Assembly (NCBI GenBank): GCA_963675525.2
Contig: CAXXSL010000019.1
Location: forward strand, 32,001 to 96,000
Direction: 5' to 3'
Origin: Anaerohalosphaeraceae bacterium
GTDB taxonomy: Bacteria; Planctomycetota; Phycisphaerae; Sedimentisphaerales; Anaerohalosphaeraceae
DNA length: 64,000 bases
In this document: positions 40,694-52,163 of the stretch, in pieces
Position numbering within the stretch: position 1 is the first letter of the stretch
Layout: each line of letters starts with the position of its first letter
The notes under the pieces: model-generated
Seen by the model: only the letters and a program-made list of their open reading frames with translations
Database searches by the model: none
Told to the model about the DNA's origin: nothing
Position numbers and translations under genes: made by a program

Positions 40694-40752
40694 AGGATTT
40701 GATATGTTTTATCTGAAACACAGGTAGAATTTTCATTTTTATACGAAATAAT
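40694..40752 (+). promoter_or_regulatory. Degenerate copy E of promoter cassette
   Basis: AATTCTAAG prefix as in copy B, GGTAGA at the same offset, AATAAT 1 nt earlier. Confidence 0.4.
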
Positions 40753-41042
40753 GGACTATTGTTTTGAATTATTAATAGTGTGGCTATGATTACTCACAGA
40801 TCAGAGAACGGGCGGATTTTTGAGCCATAAGAGAACTCTTGGTGGCTATACATCAATTTATTCATTGAACACTCACAGCATCGGATGTATAACTAAAAGA
40901 TGCAATAATAATGAAAGTTGAATCGTTCCATTGATAAAAGGTCTGCATGTAAGGCAGACCTTCTGAATTATGTCAGTTAAATATCTAGTTTGTGTGATAG
41001 TACAAGCTTGAAACAAAGTGAATTCTAAATTAGGAGTCAATT

Positions 41043-42604
41043 GTGAAGAAGACTATTGTATTAAGACTTTTTTATGTTGTCGCGATATTGGCCTGTCTGT
41101 TCATTGGCCAGGTACAAGCCGCGGAAAATACTCAATCTGTTGTGACGATTCAGGAACCCAGGCCCGCTATGATTCCCCCTCTTCCGCCAAGCTTACCTTC
41201 TGGAATTCCCGCATTTCCCGGAGCCTGGGGCGGCGGTATGTTTACCACGGGTGGACGCGGCGGCAAAGTCATCGCCGTGACAAATCTGGAAGACAGCGGC
41301 CCGGGAAGTTTGCGTGCTGCAATCGACACCGAAGGCCCCCGTATAGTCGTGTTTCGCGTCGGCGGAATCATCAAGCTTAACTCCAACCTGTCCATTAATA
41401 ATCCCGACATTACGATTGCGGGACAATCCGCACCGGGTGACGGTATTTGCATCGCAGGCGCTTCACTGGATATTAACACTTACAATGTGATTGTGCGGCA
41501 CTTGCGTGTTCGTCGAGGGGTCTTACCTCTGGAGGCCAGGGATCGGATAATATTGGTGGACACCCGCTACATTATGTAATCGTTGACCATTGCACGACCA
41601 GTTGGGGACGCGACGAAAACCTATCGCTCTACCGTGCGATGATAGAACTCCCCGATCCTAAAAATCCGGGCCAGATGGTGCGCGTCAAGACATCCACACG
41701 AAACCTGACCATCCAGTATTGCATTTCGAGTGAAGGGATGAAACCGGGCCATGAATTCGGCGGCACCTGGGGGGGGCAAGATTCGACGTTCCACCACAAC
41801 CTGTTTGCCTGCAACACCGGGCGCAATCCTTCCATTGGCATGAGCGGCGAGTTTGACTATCGCAACAACGTCATCTTTAACTGGAAACACAGGACCATGG
41901 ATGGCGGCGACGAGACGTCGATTATCAATGTCATTAATAACTACTACAAGCCGGGACCGGCAACCAATGACAACATGTTGAGTACGATTGCCAGAATCGA
42001 ACAGCGTAATCAGGTATCGCCCCCGGGCCGATTCGAAGGCAACTGGTATCCCAAGGCCGATAAACGGCCGGGTAAGTGGTATGTAGCCGGCAATATCGTA
42101 GAAGGATATCCGGAAGTGACGGCTGACAACTGGAAGGGCATGGTACTGCGAGAAGGTCCAGGTACGATTGATATGGCCCGTGTCAACAGTCCTTTTGAAG
42201 GTTGGCCGGTCAACCAGCAAACGGCCCTGCAGGCCTTTAATGAGGTTCTGACGAAGTCCGGCGCTACGCTTCCCCGTCGTGACTCCGTGGATAAGCGCGT
42301 GGTTGAGATGGTGCGAACCGGCAAGGTCACCTATGAAAAGGGTATCATTAGCGATGCCGAACAGGTTGGCGGATATCCGGAGTATACGTTCTCGGCCGAG
42401 GATGTTCCGGCTGATACGGACTTGGACGGCATGCCGGACGATTGGGAAAAAGCCCACGGCTTGAATGCCGCGTCAGCCGCCGACAGCAGTCTGGATGCCG
42501 ACCAGGACGGCTACACCAATGTCGAAGAATACCTCAATGGGACCAATCCAAGCGAAAAGGTGGACTACAACAATTTTGACAATAATGTGGATACCATCAG
42601 CTAA
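41043..42604 (+). CDS. PL1 pectate lyase (one frameshift ~41520)
   Basis: IPAFPGAWGGG...GGRGG, IAGQSAPGDGI; second frame GSDNIGG..VIVDHC, RNPS, DTDLDGMPDDWE. Confidence 0.88.
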
Positions 42605-42636
42605 CGACTTTCTTCTGACGCTGGTTAAATCTATCA

Positions 42637-42661
42637 GGAAGGATGCACGGAGCATCCTTCC
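42637..42661 (+). terminator. Intergenic hairpin
   Basis: GGAAGGATGC-5nt-GCATCCTTCC. Confidence 0.5.
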
Positions 42662-42720
42662 CGTGTTTATCTGCCATTTAGTATGTAGATGTACATAGAC
42701 ATGATAAACAGGAGAATGAC

Positions 42721-43768
42721 ATGAAGGGAATGGCCTTAATAGGCTTTCTAACGATAGCGTCAATTTGTTGCGGCAGTACGCTAGTGGAGAGTGCCGATAT
42801 TGTTGTGGCACAGGATGGCAGCGGAGATTTTGAAAAGGTGCAGGACGCCATCAATGCTGTTCCCAAAAACCGATCTACCCGCACGACCATCTTGATCAAG
42901 CCAGGTACGTATAAAGAAAAGCTAAAAGTGCCCTCAGATAGAACGAATCTGACGCTCATCGGCGAATCATACGAAAAAACGATCCTCACCTACGATGATC
43001 ATGCCAAAAAGACCAAGGATTATGCGAGCACACGCATTTATGCGGATGATTTCTGTGCGGTAAATGTGACGTTTCAAAATACGATAGATAGTAGAAAAGT
43101 GGGCAGTCAAGCAGCGGCCTTACGTGTGGATGGTGACAGGGCGGTGTTTTACAAGTGCAAAATCATGGGATTTCAGGACACTTACTACACCGGCGGCAAC
43201 AAGCGGTCCTACCACAAGGATTGCATCGTTGAAGGCACTACCGATTTTATCTATGGAAACGGGATTGCTCTGTTTGAGGATTGCACCATCGTTAACCGCA
43301 AAGATTCTCATGTCACCCGCCCACAGCCAGAAGCTCAAAGATGGCAAGCCCGTTAACAAGTTTGGCTATGTATTCAAAAACTGCGACATCCAGGCGCATC
43401 CTGACGAAGAGGTTTCCAAGGCTTCTCTGGGCAGGCCATGGGGTAATGCTGCACGCGTCGTCTTTTTGAAAATTGCAATTTAGGATCGCATATTAAACCA
43501 CAGGCATTTGCTCCCTGGTCTACCAATCCACACACATAAATATTTCAAGAATATTGATACCGCTTATTATGCGCTATACAATTGCACTGGGGCAGGTTAT
43601 AGGCCAGACAGTTATAGGCTTCAACTAGTTTGCTTTCAACTATTAGACGATTCACTCGCCGCAGAATATACCAAGGAAAATATATTCAAATCCGATACCA
43701 CCACCGCCACAAATTTAGAGGGCGACTGGAACCCCGTAATTGATGAAGATACCTATGCAAACAACTAA
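42721..43768 (+). CDS. Pectin methylesterase (CE8), multiple frameshifts
   Basis: GDFEKVQDAI, QAAAL, GFQDTYY, EGTTDFIYG; LGRPW in next frame; C-terminus in third ORF. Confidence 0.88.
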
Positions 43769-43826
43769 TCTGACCATAAATCATTGGCATTAAGCAATTA
43801 AAATTTTTTTAGAGGACACTACAAAA

Positions 43827-45323
43827 ATGAGTAAAACATTATTAAAAACACGACAGATTAAAAGGCACGCTTCAAACACACGCTCCTTTTATCGATCAAT
43901 ATTTCTCCGGCGATGCCCTCTTTTGGTCTTCGCCGGCATGCTTGCTCTGAGCGTAGCTGCGTGTGCAGCAGGTACTCCAACAATCCCCGCCTTCCCGGGT
44001 GCCGAAGGCTATGGCGCCATGACAGTAGGCGGGCGCGGCGGTAAGGTTATCGAAGTTACGAATCTTAATGCTTCCGGCGAAGGTAGTCTGCGGGCTGCGA
44101 TTGAGGCAAAAGGGCCAAGAACCGTTGTGTTCAAGGTATCGGGGACAATCGATGTGGATTTGAAGATTTCTAATGATTTCATTACCATCGCCGGTCAAAC
44201 AGCACCGGGGGACGGGATTTGTATCAAAGGCAGTCTTGGAATAAATGCCAATGATGTGATCATCCGGTATATACGCGTCAGAGCAGAAGGCCGTGGTGAT
44301 GCCGTATCCGGCCGATATAATAAGAATATCATCCTTGACCACGTGTCAGCCTGTTGGAGCAGTGACGAGGTGATGTCTATTTACCATGGTGAAAACATCA
44401 CGATTCAATGGTGCATGATTACTGAAGCCTGCTCAGGTGGTCATAAGTTTGGCGGTATTTGGGGAAATAACTACAGCACGTACCACCACAACCTGTTTGC
44501 CCATAACACCGACCGTAATCCTCGTATTGCATCAGGTGCCGGATACAATGATATCAGAAACAACGTGATCTACAATTGGAAGAATGAAAGTACCTATGGC
44601 GGTGAAGTCCACCAATCGGATGATCGTCGTAAACCACCATTAGCACTTTGCAGTACCAATCTCGTGGCCAACTATTACAAGGCTGGACCAGGAACACCTG
44701 CCGAGAACAGAACAAAGATTTGTGCCCCCTGGTCGCGCAATGGTGAGGCCGATTATGGTGATTGGTATATTGCTGAGAATGTCTTGTTTGGCAATCCTGA
44801 AGTCACTGCTGATAATTGGAAAGGCGTAAGACCTTCCTTAACAAAGATGCGTGACCAAGAACCTAATCCCAATGACCAAGCCGCGATTCCAGGCATTAAG
44901 CTTGATAAGCCGTCTAAATTTATGCCTATTAATCAGCAAACTGCAGAAGAAGCTTATCAGTCTGTTCTTGAACATTCAGGCTGTTCCTTGCCCAGGCGTG
45001 ATGTGATCGATGTGCGTATTATTGAAGAAGTCCGTGCCGGCACGGCAGGCAAAGGCGACAACGGTTTTGTTAATAACCAGGAAGTTGCCGGCGGTTGGCC
45101 GGAGTTGAAAGGTGGAACGGCACCCACCGACACAGATAAAGACGGCATGCCGGACACCTGGGAGACAAAGAATGGCCTCAATGCCAATGATGCCTCCGAC
45201 GGAGCCAAGGATCGTGATAGTGACGGCTACACCAATATCGAAGAGTATCTCAACGGCACGAACCCGACAGAGTTTGTGGACTACAGTAAGCCTGAGAACA
45301 ACGTCAATACATTGGGTCAATGA
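43827..45323 (+). CDS. Secreted PL1 pectate lyase
   Basis: IPAFPGAEGYG, IAGQTAPGDGI, ILDHVS, RNPRI, DTDKDGMPDTWE. Confidence 0.93.
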   Translation: MSKTLLKTRQIKRHASNTRSFYRSIFLRRCPLLVFAGMLALSVAACAAGTPTIPAFPGAEGYGAMTVGGRGGKVIEVTNLNASGEGSLRAAIEAKGPRTVVFKVSGTIDVDLKISNDFITIAGQTAPGDGICIKGSLGINANDVIIRYIRVRAEGRGDAVSGRYNKNIILDHVSACWSSDEVMSIYHGENITIQWCMITEACSGGHKFGGIWGNNYSTYHHNLFAHNTDRNPRIASGAGYNDIRNNVIYNWKNESTYGGEVHQSDDRRKPPLALCSTNLVANYYKAGPGTPAENRTKICAPWSRNGEADYGDWYIAENVLFGNPEVTADNWKGVRPSLTKMRDQEPNPNDQAAIPGIKLDKPSKFMPINQQTAEEAYQSVLEHSGCSLPRRDVIDVRIIEEVRAGTAGKGDNGFVNNQEVAGGWPELKGGTAPTDTDKDGMPDTWETKNGLNANDASDGAKDRDSDGYTNIEEYLNGTNPTEFVDYSKPENNVNTLGQ

Positions 45324-45442
45324 TGTCAATCGCCTTGTGACTGATCCTCTGTACGGTGCGGGCAATTGTTTGACTCGTTAATCAAAGGAAGTTGAATATG
45401 AATCAAAAATTAAATTCAGACATGACAGAAAAGGATACTACT

Positions 45443-47653
45443 ATGAGCCGTAATTTAGCAGCCATTATTTTTATATTGATTGCCGGCGTCACCGTTCCAT
45501 TGGAAGCAAATCCCTTGCGCGTAGACATTAACTCCGAAGGCCGCAGCGATATGCGTACCGTGGGGTGGGAAAATTGGCAACCTAAAGGAAACGTCTTAAG
45601 TCAATCCTTTGGCGATGTGACTGTTACCTTGCGTGCGGGCGGAGATGATGGCTCCATTCTCATCAAAGGCAACAAATCCCTCCTCGTTCATGGCGTCACA
45701 GTGGGTGCCGAGGGTGCGATCGCCACGGGCGTAAATCCCGTTGTGATGGAAGTCCAACTTGACGGACTGGTTCCCGGACCGCACAGATTTGTGGGCTATC
45801 ACCACGCCGTCCAGGGTGGCGCCGGAACCTATTCCGTTTCAGTGGGCGATCACAAGGTCAACGGAATAGAAGCCTCCCAAGAGCCTCGCCACAATGATGA
45901 GGTGGGCACCTCTTTCATCGAATTCGAAGCCAAGGCCGGTGAGCCCGTGGTGGTTCATATCACAGCCACTCAAGGCGATAGCGTGGTACTCAATGGCTTC
46001 GCGCTCGATATTACGGATCCGAGCAAGAAGGCACTTAAGCCCATGCCTGCAGACTATGAACGTCATGCCGATGGCGACGACGGCAAGGTGACACTGAGCT
46101 GGGCACCGGCTAAATCAGCGGTCAGTCATCACGTATACATGGCTTACGATCGTGACGCCGAAGCTGTCGTGAGCAAACTGGCTGCTACGAAAAAACTGGC
46201 CTCAGTAACCGATTGTTCTTACGCTGCCACGATTGTGCCGAAGAAATCATTGCTGCACTACGCCTGGCGTGTGGATTCGGTAGATGCCCTAGGTAATGTC
46301 ACACGCGGTGATGTTTGGCGTTTCCGTGTTCGTCATCTGGCCTTTCCCACAGCCGAGGGATACGGGCGTTTCGCTATTGGTGGTCGTGGCGGACGCGTAA
46401 TACACGTGACCAACCTCAACGATTCCGGCCCGGGTTCCTTACGTGAGGCGGTTGAAGCCGCCGGACCGCGTACCGTGGTTTTTGATGTCTCCGGACTGAT
46501 CAGCCTCAAGTCCAAGCTGGTCTTTAAAAAAGAAAATGAATACCTCACCGTTGCCGGACAAACCGCTCCGGGAAAGGGCATCTGTATTCGTAACTATACT
46601 TTCGGCGGTATTGGAAGTTGCGACACAATTCTTCGCTTTGTCCGTCTTCGTCTGGGCAGCCTAACCGGTGAGACCATGGACGGTATGGGCTTTGCTAGCG
46701 GTGATCATTGTATTATTGATCACTGCTCGATTTCCTGGACCATTGACGAGGCGTTCAGTTCACGCGGTGCCAAGAACATTACCTTCCAACGCAACCTGAT
46801 CTCCGAGGCCCTCAATGTCGCCGGTCATTCGCACTACGGCAGCAACAGTGCTCACGGTTTTGCGGGCTCGATCAGTGGCGATGTCGGCAGTTTTCACCAC
46901 AGTCTGTTGGCCCATAACGCCGGGCGAAACTGGTCATTAGCAGGTGCAATCGACCAAGCCAATCGCCACGCTGGACGGCTCGATATCCGCAACATGGTGG
47001 TCTATAACTGGAAACATCGTACAACAGACGGCGGCGCCAGAGAGGTTCAGTTCGTCAACAATTACTACAAGCCCGGCCCGGCGTCGCAAGTCAAGACTTA
47101 CCTCAATCCCCAATTCGAAAATCCTGCTTTTGGTCCGCAGCAGTACTATGTCAAGGGCAACATCATGGAAGGTGTGGCCGGGCCGGAAGGTCCGATCGGT
47201 CCCTTCAAGGGCATGAACATCCGTGGGCGTCAGGACGCGCCTGTGACGGTGCCGGAGCCATTCTTCGAGCACTATGTCAAGACCCACACGGCCAAAGAGG
47301 CCTATGAAAACGTGCTGGCAGACGTGGGATGCAATGTGCCCATGCTCGACGACCACGACAAACGCGTAATTCAGGAGGTGCGCACCGGTACCACGACCTA
47401 CAAAGGAAGCAAAACCGGGCTGCCCGGCATCCCCGATACCCAGGAGGATGTGGGCGGCTGGGAAGACTACCCCGAAATTCACCGTCCCGCCGACTGGGAC
47501 ACAGATGGTGACGGCATGCCCAATCAATGGGAAGCCAAAAAGGGATTGAATGCCGACAATCCCGCCGACGGCGCCGACGACCCGGATGGTGACGGTTATA
47601 CCAATCTGGAAGACTATCTGAATTGGCTGTCCGCCGGCAACACGCTGAATTGA
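45443..47653 (+). CDS. Secreted PL1 pectate lyase with N-terminal accessory beta-domains
   Basis: LRVDIN N-domain, YAWRVD FN3-like, LAFPTAEGYG, IIDHCSISW, GRNWSL, DTDGDGMPNQWE. Confidence 0.9.
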   Translation: MSRNLAAIIFILIAGVTVPLEANPLRVDINSEGRSDMRTVGWENWQPKGNVLSQSFGDVTVTLRAGGDDGSILIKGNKSLLVHGVTVGAEGAIATGVNPVVMEVQLDGLVPGPHRFVGYHHAVQGGAGTYSVSVGDHKVNGIEASQEPRHNDEVGTSFIEFEAKAGEPVVVHITATQGDSVVLNGFALDITDPSKKALKPMPADYERHADGDDGKVTLSWAPAKSAVSHHVYMAYDRDAEAVVSKLAATKKLASVTDCSYAATIVPKKSLLHYAWRVDSVDALGNVTRGDVWRFRVRHLAFPTAEGYGRFAIGGRGGRVIHVTNLNDSGPGSLREAVEAAGPRTVVFDVSGLISLKSKLVFKKENEYLTVAGQTAPGKGICIRNYTFGGIGSCDTILRFVRLRLGSLTGETMDGMGFASGDHCIIDHCSISWTIDEAFSSRGAKNITFQRNLISEALNVAGHSHYGSNSAHGFAGSISGDVGSFHHSLLAHNAGRNWSLAGAIDQANRHAGRLDIRNMVVYNWKHRTTDGGAREVQFVNNYYKPGPASQVKTYLNPQFENPAFGPQQYYVKGNIMEGVAGPEGPIGPFKGMNIRGRQDAPVTVPEPFFEHYVKTHTAKEAYENVLADVGCNVPMLDDHDKRVIQEVRTGTTTYKGSKTGLPGIPDTQEDVGGWEDYPEIHRPADWDTDGDGMPNQWEAKKGLNADNPADGADDPDGDGYTNLEDYLNWLSAGNTLN

Positions 47654-47685
47654 TACCGCTGATCTAAAGGGCAAATAACAGGAAT

Positions 47686-48577
47686 ATGCTTACGATGAAG
47701 TACAATATAACATTTATCGGCCACATGTGTTATGACGAGATCGTTCCATTTCAAGGCCAAACAACGGTGTCTCCGGGCAGTGCTGTTTTGTGTGGGGCGA
47801 TGGTTGCCGGCCGGATTGGTCAAAACGTTGCCGTCATAACAAAGATGTCGCCTGAAGACAGCTCAATTCTAAAACCGATGGAAGAAGTTGGTATCGATAC
47901 AGTTCCTTCTGCCTTCGAAGGAAACGACGTATATGCGAGTCGAGCATCCAAGCGAAGATGTCGATATACGTAAAATGTACCAATTCAAAAATGCCGGTTT
48001 TATTACGTTTGATGAATTACCTGAGTTTGAATCAAAATTTGTTCATCTTGCCGGGATCACCGATCAGGAATTTACTTTAGAACTTATCGATGAATTAAAT
48101 AACAAAGGTTTGAATCTTTCTGCGGACATGCAGAGCTTTGTTCGTCAGGTTGACGATGATACCAGACAGATATATTTCAAAGATGTGCCGAATAAAAAAG
48201 AGCTGGTTTCCAGGCTTGATCGCGTCAAACTTGATAAAGTAGAGGCCAAACTTCTTACCGGATATGACGATGTAGAAAAAGCGGCAATTAAGATTGCCAG
48301 TTGGGGTGCTAATGAGATTGTTATCACTCAGGCAGAAGGTGTGCTTGCAAGGGTTAAAGGCCAAACGTTCTACGAAAAGTTCAGCAACAAAAGCATTGTC
48401 GGCCGGACCGGAAGGGGAGATACGACCTTTGCGGCTTATCTGTCCCGGCGTCTTAATCATGATGTTGCTGAGTCCCTGAAGTTCAGTGCCGCGTTGGTCT
48501 CAATCAAAATGGAATCACCGGGGCCCTTTAAAGCGACTTTGGAAGATGTATTGGAAAGGATGAGAAGATATCATTGA
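47686..48577 (+). CDS. PfkB/ribokinase-family carbohydrate kinase (frameshift ~47890)
   Basis: PGSAVL N-motif; GRTGRGDTTFAAY PfkB signature. Confidence 0.85.
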
Positions 48578-48591
48578 AGACGTACAGCCAT

Positions 48592-50788
48592 CTATTTGCC
48601 GATGTTCAGCAAGGCCATCAGAAAAAAGCACGACCAGGACGGCAACCGCCGCCGAGATAACAAAACCGACCCAATCCGTTTTGTTCCATTTGTCAAATTC
48701 CCAGTCCGATTGCGGCAGTAGTTTGCAATCATCAAAGCGGTCTCGTATTTGCATAAGACAGTTCCATTTGCCGGGCATCCTCTTGCGGGTCGGTATGAAC
48801 TTGGGTCTTCATTTTGACATAAAAACGGTCCAGCATGGTTTTATCATCCCGCCGGGTCAAAAACGAAACCCCGATCAGCACGGCAAAGGGTGTCAACGTT
48901 CGAATGAGAATCCGGATCGTTTCATTCAGTGCATAGGGATTTTTCTGTAAATCAAATCCCATTTTATCCAGCAGGACCAGTTCCAGACTTAACATCCCGC
49001 TGCCGTAACGGTTGCCTTCCGCATCGGCCTTGATGCCTTTCGTCCAGAAAATCGATTGACTGCCAAGGACATAGGTTTTTTCATAGGTCTGTCCCGCCTT
49101 GAAGCGGTTGCCGGGCATGGTTGAGTCGTCTGAAGCCCTTGGGGATTGGCGGTTTTCCATTGTTCGATTTCCTGCTGCCGCTGCTGCACCTCCATTTGAC
49201 CGGCCGTGTAACGACGTACGACTTGCCGTAATTGGGTTTGTTTTAAAAGTGAATCTGATGATTTCAGTGAGGGCATGATTGCCGGAAGAAGCACCGGTAA
49301 AATGAAAAACACCACGCTGGTCAGGATAATCGAACACCAGGCCGCCGGCCGGGTTGCCCGACGCCATTTCATGCCCAGCCAGAATGCCGCGGCCACCATG
49401 ACATTCAGTTCCCACCAGAGTTTAAGCTGCTGAAGGATCGTATCAAACCGGGTGGCGATCAGGGCGCCACCGATAACGACGACGGCCCCGGCGACTCTGC
49501 CGACCAGGACATAATGTTTTTCCGAACGATCCGGGAACCAGAGACCGGTAAATATTATGGGTAATCAGACTGGAACCGGTAATCATCAAACAGTCCGCCG
49601 TGCTCATTAACGCCGCCATCAAACAGGCGATCATCAGGCCAACCAGCCCCATATTCAGAGAGCCCAATAAATCAAGCGTTGCATACCCCCAGACCAGGTC
49701 GGGATTGTGAACTTTATCATGATAAAGGACGACCGCCAGCAGGGCGAAAAAGCCCCATAACACCGTACAAAACCGTTTCATATAACTGCCGGTCACAAAT
49801 CCGAACCGGCACTCGTATTCGCCTTTGGCCGAACCGGTGGCGACGAGGGCAGTTGGGCTGGATAACGACGTTGACCGTCACCATCATCGTCAAGGCCGCG
49901 ATATAGTACCAGGTAAAATCCTGTGTGACGGGTGAGCCGAAAATCTCCATATAGGATTGGGGCAGTTGGGCATGCATCGTCTGCAGTGCATCCATGACAC
50001 CGGAACCGCCAAACTCTGCATTGATCTTACCGAATGCAAACGGAAACAGTATGAGTGTCAGGATGATGATAAAAATCCCCTGAAGGGTATCGGTTAGAAA
50101 AGCGGCCTCCAGACCGCCGGCCACCGCGTAGATCAAGACAATCCCGCAGACAATCCAGATGAGAACATCCGGATTCAAATGAAAAAACATTTTTCGGGGT
50201 TTTTGAAGGCGCAGTTGTTCTAACTGCTGTTTCTCCTGCCGGAGTCAATGAATCATGATTGCGGGCCTCCAGTTGCTCCAAGGCAACTGCCCGGTCATAT
50301 TCCTGTTTTTCTTCAATCGTATATTGCTCGACACTTTTCGGTGTTAAGGCCACGACCGTCTTGGTCATCGCGGCGAATCCGACGGAGATAATTGTCATCA
50401 TACCGACCGAACCAATCACCGCATAAACCCCGGCCATGAGTTTGGAGCCGTAGCGCTGCTCAAAGAAGTCTCCGAGTGTGATCAGCCGCAGCCGCCGCAT
50501 CCAGGGCATCACCATCCAGTACAGCGGCGTGGCAAACAGGTATAACAACGAACTCCATACGCCTGCGATCCCGTTGCTGAATGTTGTCGTGGTCACCCCG
50601 ACGGCATTGTCGGCTGAGGTGCCCTGGCCAAATGCTGCAAACGTCTGGATGAATTTGCCGAACCGCCGGCCGGCCAGAAAATAGTCCTCCTGATTTTTGA
50701 TCCGGCGTGACGCCCAGATGCCGATGGCGATGACCATCCCAAAATACAATAAAATCACAGTGATATCAATCCATTGCAATCCAAACAT
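48592..50788 (-). CDS. Sodium:solute symporter, multiply frameshifted
   Basis: QEDYFLAGRRFG, FFEQRYG, GGLEAAFLTDTLQG, AALMSTAD across successive ORFs; ends LLNIGK*. Confidence 0.85.
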
Positions 50789-50837
50789 TCAGCTTTCCTT
50801 GTTGAATAACCGGTTCTATGATCATAAAACACACGTT

Positions 50838-51973
50838 TTATTGACAGATATCATGAATCATTTCATAAGCATGCTGCTGGTCTTTGGGGCTCTGACAATA
50901 CGTTACGACAATCAGCTTCATACCGGGCGCCCAGAGTTTTTTCACCTGTTCGGCGACGACCGGAGAATCTCCGACAATCCGGGCATTGACGATGATCCCC
51001 GAGTTCGCAAAAATTTCCGGAAAGACTTCTGCCTTCATTCGGAGAGGGATCTGTTTGAGGGCCAAATGCCCCATCAACCATACGAAGGCCCGGGATTTGT
51101 TTGATCACGGGCGCCAAATGAGACCAGTTGCCGCAGGAATGAAAAACAGGGCCGTTAAAATCACCCGGCGGCCCTGACCAATGATGATTGTGCGAACCGG
51201 CGGTACTGGTCCGCAGAGAGCAGGATTGCATAATCATCGCTCATCCCAAGTCCTTCGAATACCCGCGACGATGCAAATCCATGCCCCGGCCATACCAGTG
51301 GCTTCTCCAATGCGGTTGACTTGTTCGTGCGTAAAATCTGTCAGAAGCTGTGTGATTCGGTCTAACAGTTCAACGACTTGATCCGGGCAATCATAGAAAC
51401 CCATCAAAAGAGCATTCATGTCAACCAGCATCGCCGCGATATTAAAAGGGGACTGAACATCGCATAATGATATGGGAATACGGCCCTGGGTTTCCTCCAG
51501 GAAGTAGTCAATCATATTGAGGGTGTGACTGCCCGATGGGCGTGTCTTTTACAGGGATCACGGGAGCATCAAGAGCCTTCTTTTATACTTTTGAACACGG
51601 GTGCAAAAGCCGGGGCCTGGCCGTCATGCCAGGTGTATATCAATCCCGAATGATGATGCGATGGTGCCAATGCCATACCACGGTTCCAGGAAATTGGGGA
51701 TATCGGCCTGGTATTCCATGCTTTTTTGCAGCGCACCAAGCTGCAGTGCCAGGGAGCGTTCCATGTTCCGGCAGCCGTAGGAAAAGACCTCCGCCGCCCG
51801 CATCCGGCGATAGACTAAAACACCGCTGTTGTCGTCCCAAAAAGCTTTGCACCGAGGCTGCCGGGCGGCCTCATAATCTGCGTAGGCATCGAGGTCAAAT
51901 ACGCATCCGGCTGAATCGGATAAATGTCGGTCGCCTGTGCATCCGCTTTGTTTTGGTCGAATAATTGTTTCAT
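50838..51973 (-). CDS. URO-D/MtaA-like protein, multiply frameshifted
   Basis: DVQSPFNIAA...FYDCPD.V.ELL, VFHSCGNW; ATG at 51973. Confidence 0.7.
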
Positions 51974-52101
51974 GACACGATATTTTAACCTATAGTCCGA
52001 ATAGAAGGGGAGTAAAAAAACTCATTTTCAGGCTACTCTGAATGGGCAGAGGTGGTTCACGGTTCACTCTACACAGTCTAAATGCGAACAGACAAGATTA
52101 A

Positions 52102-52149
52102 GGTTCAAGGGAACTCAACTTGATTATGGATGTTAAGTTCCCTTGAACC
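52102..52149 (-). terminator. Long stem-loop after giant CotH gene
   Basis: Perfect 14-bp GGTTCAAGGGAACT/AGTTCCCTTGAACC. Confidence 0.7.
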
Positions 52150-52163
52150 AATATTAAAGGACT

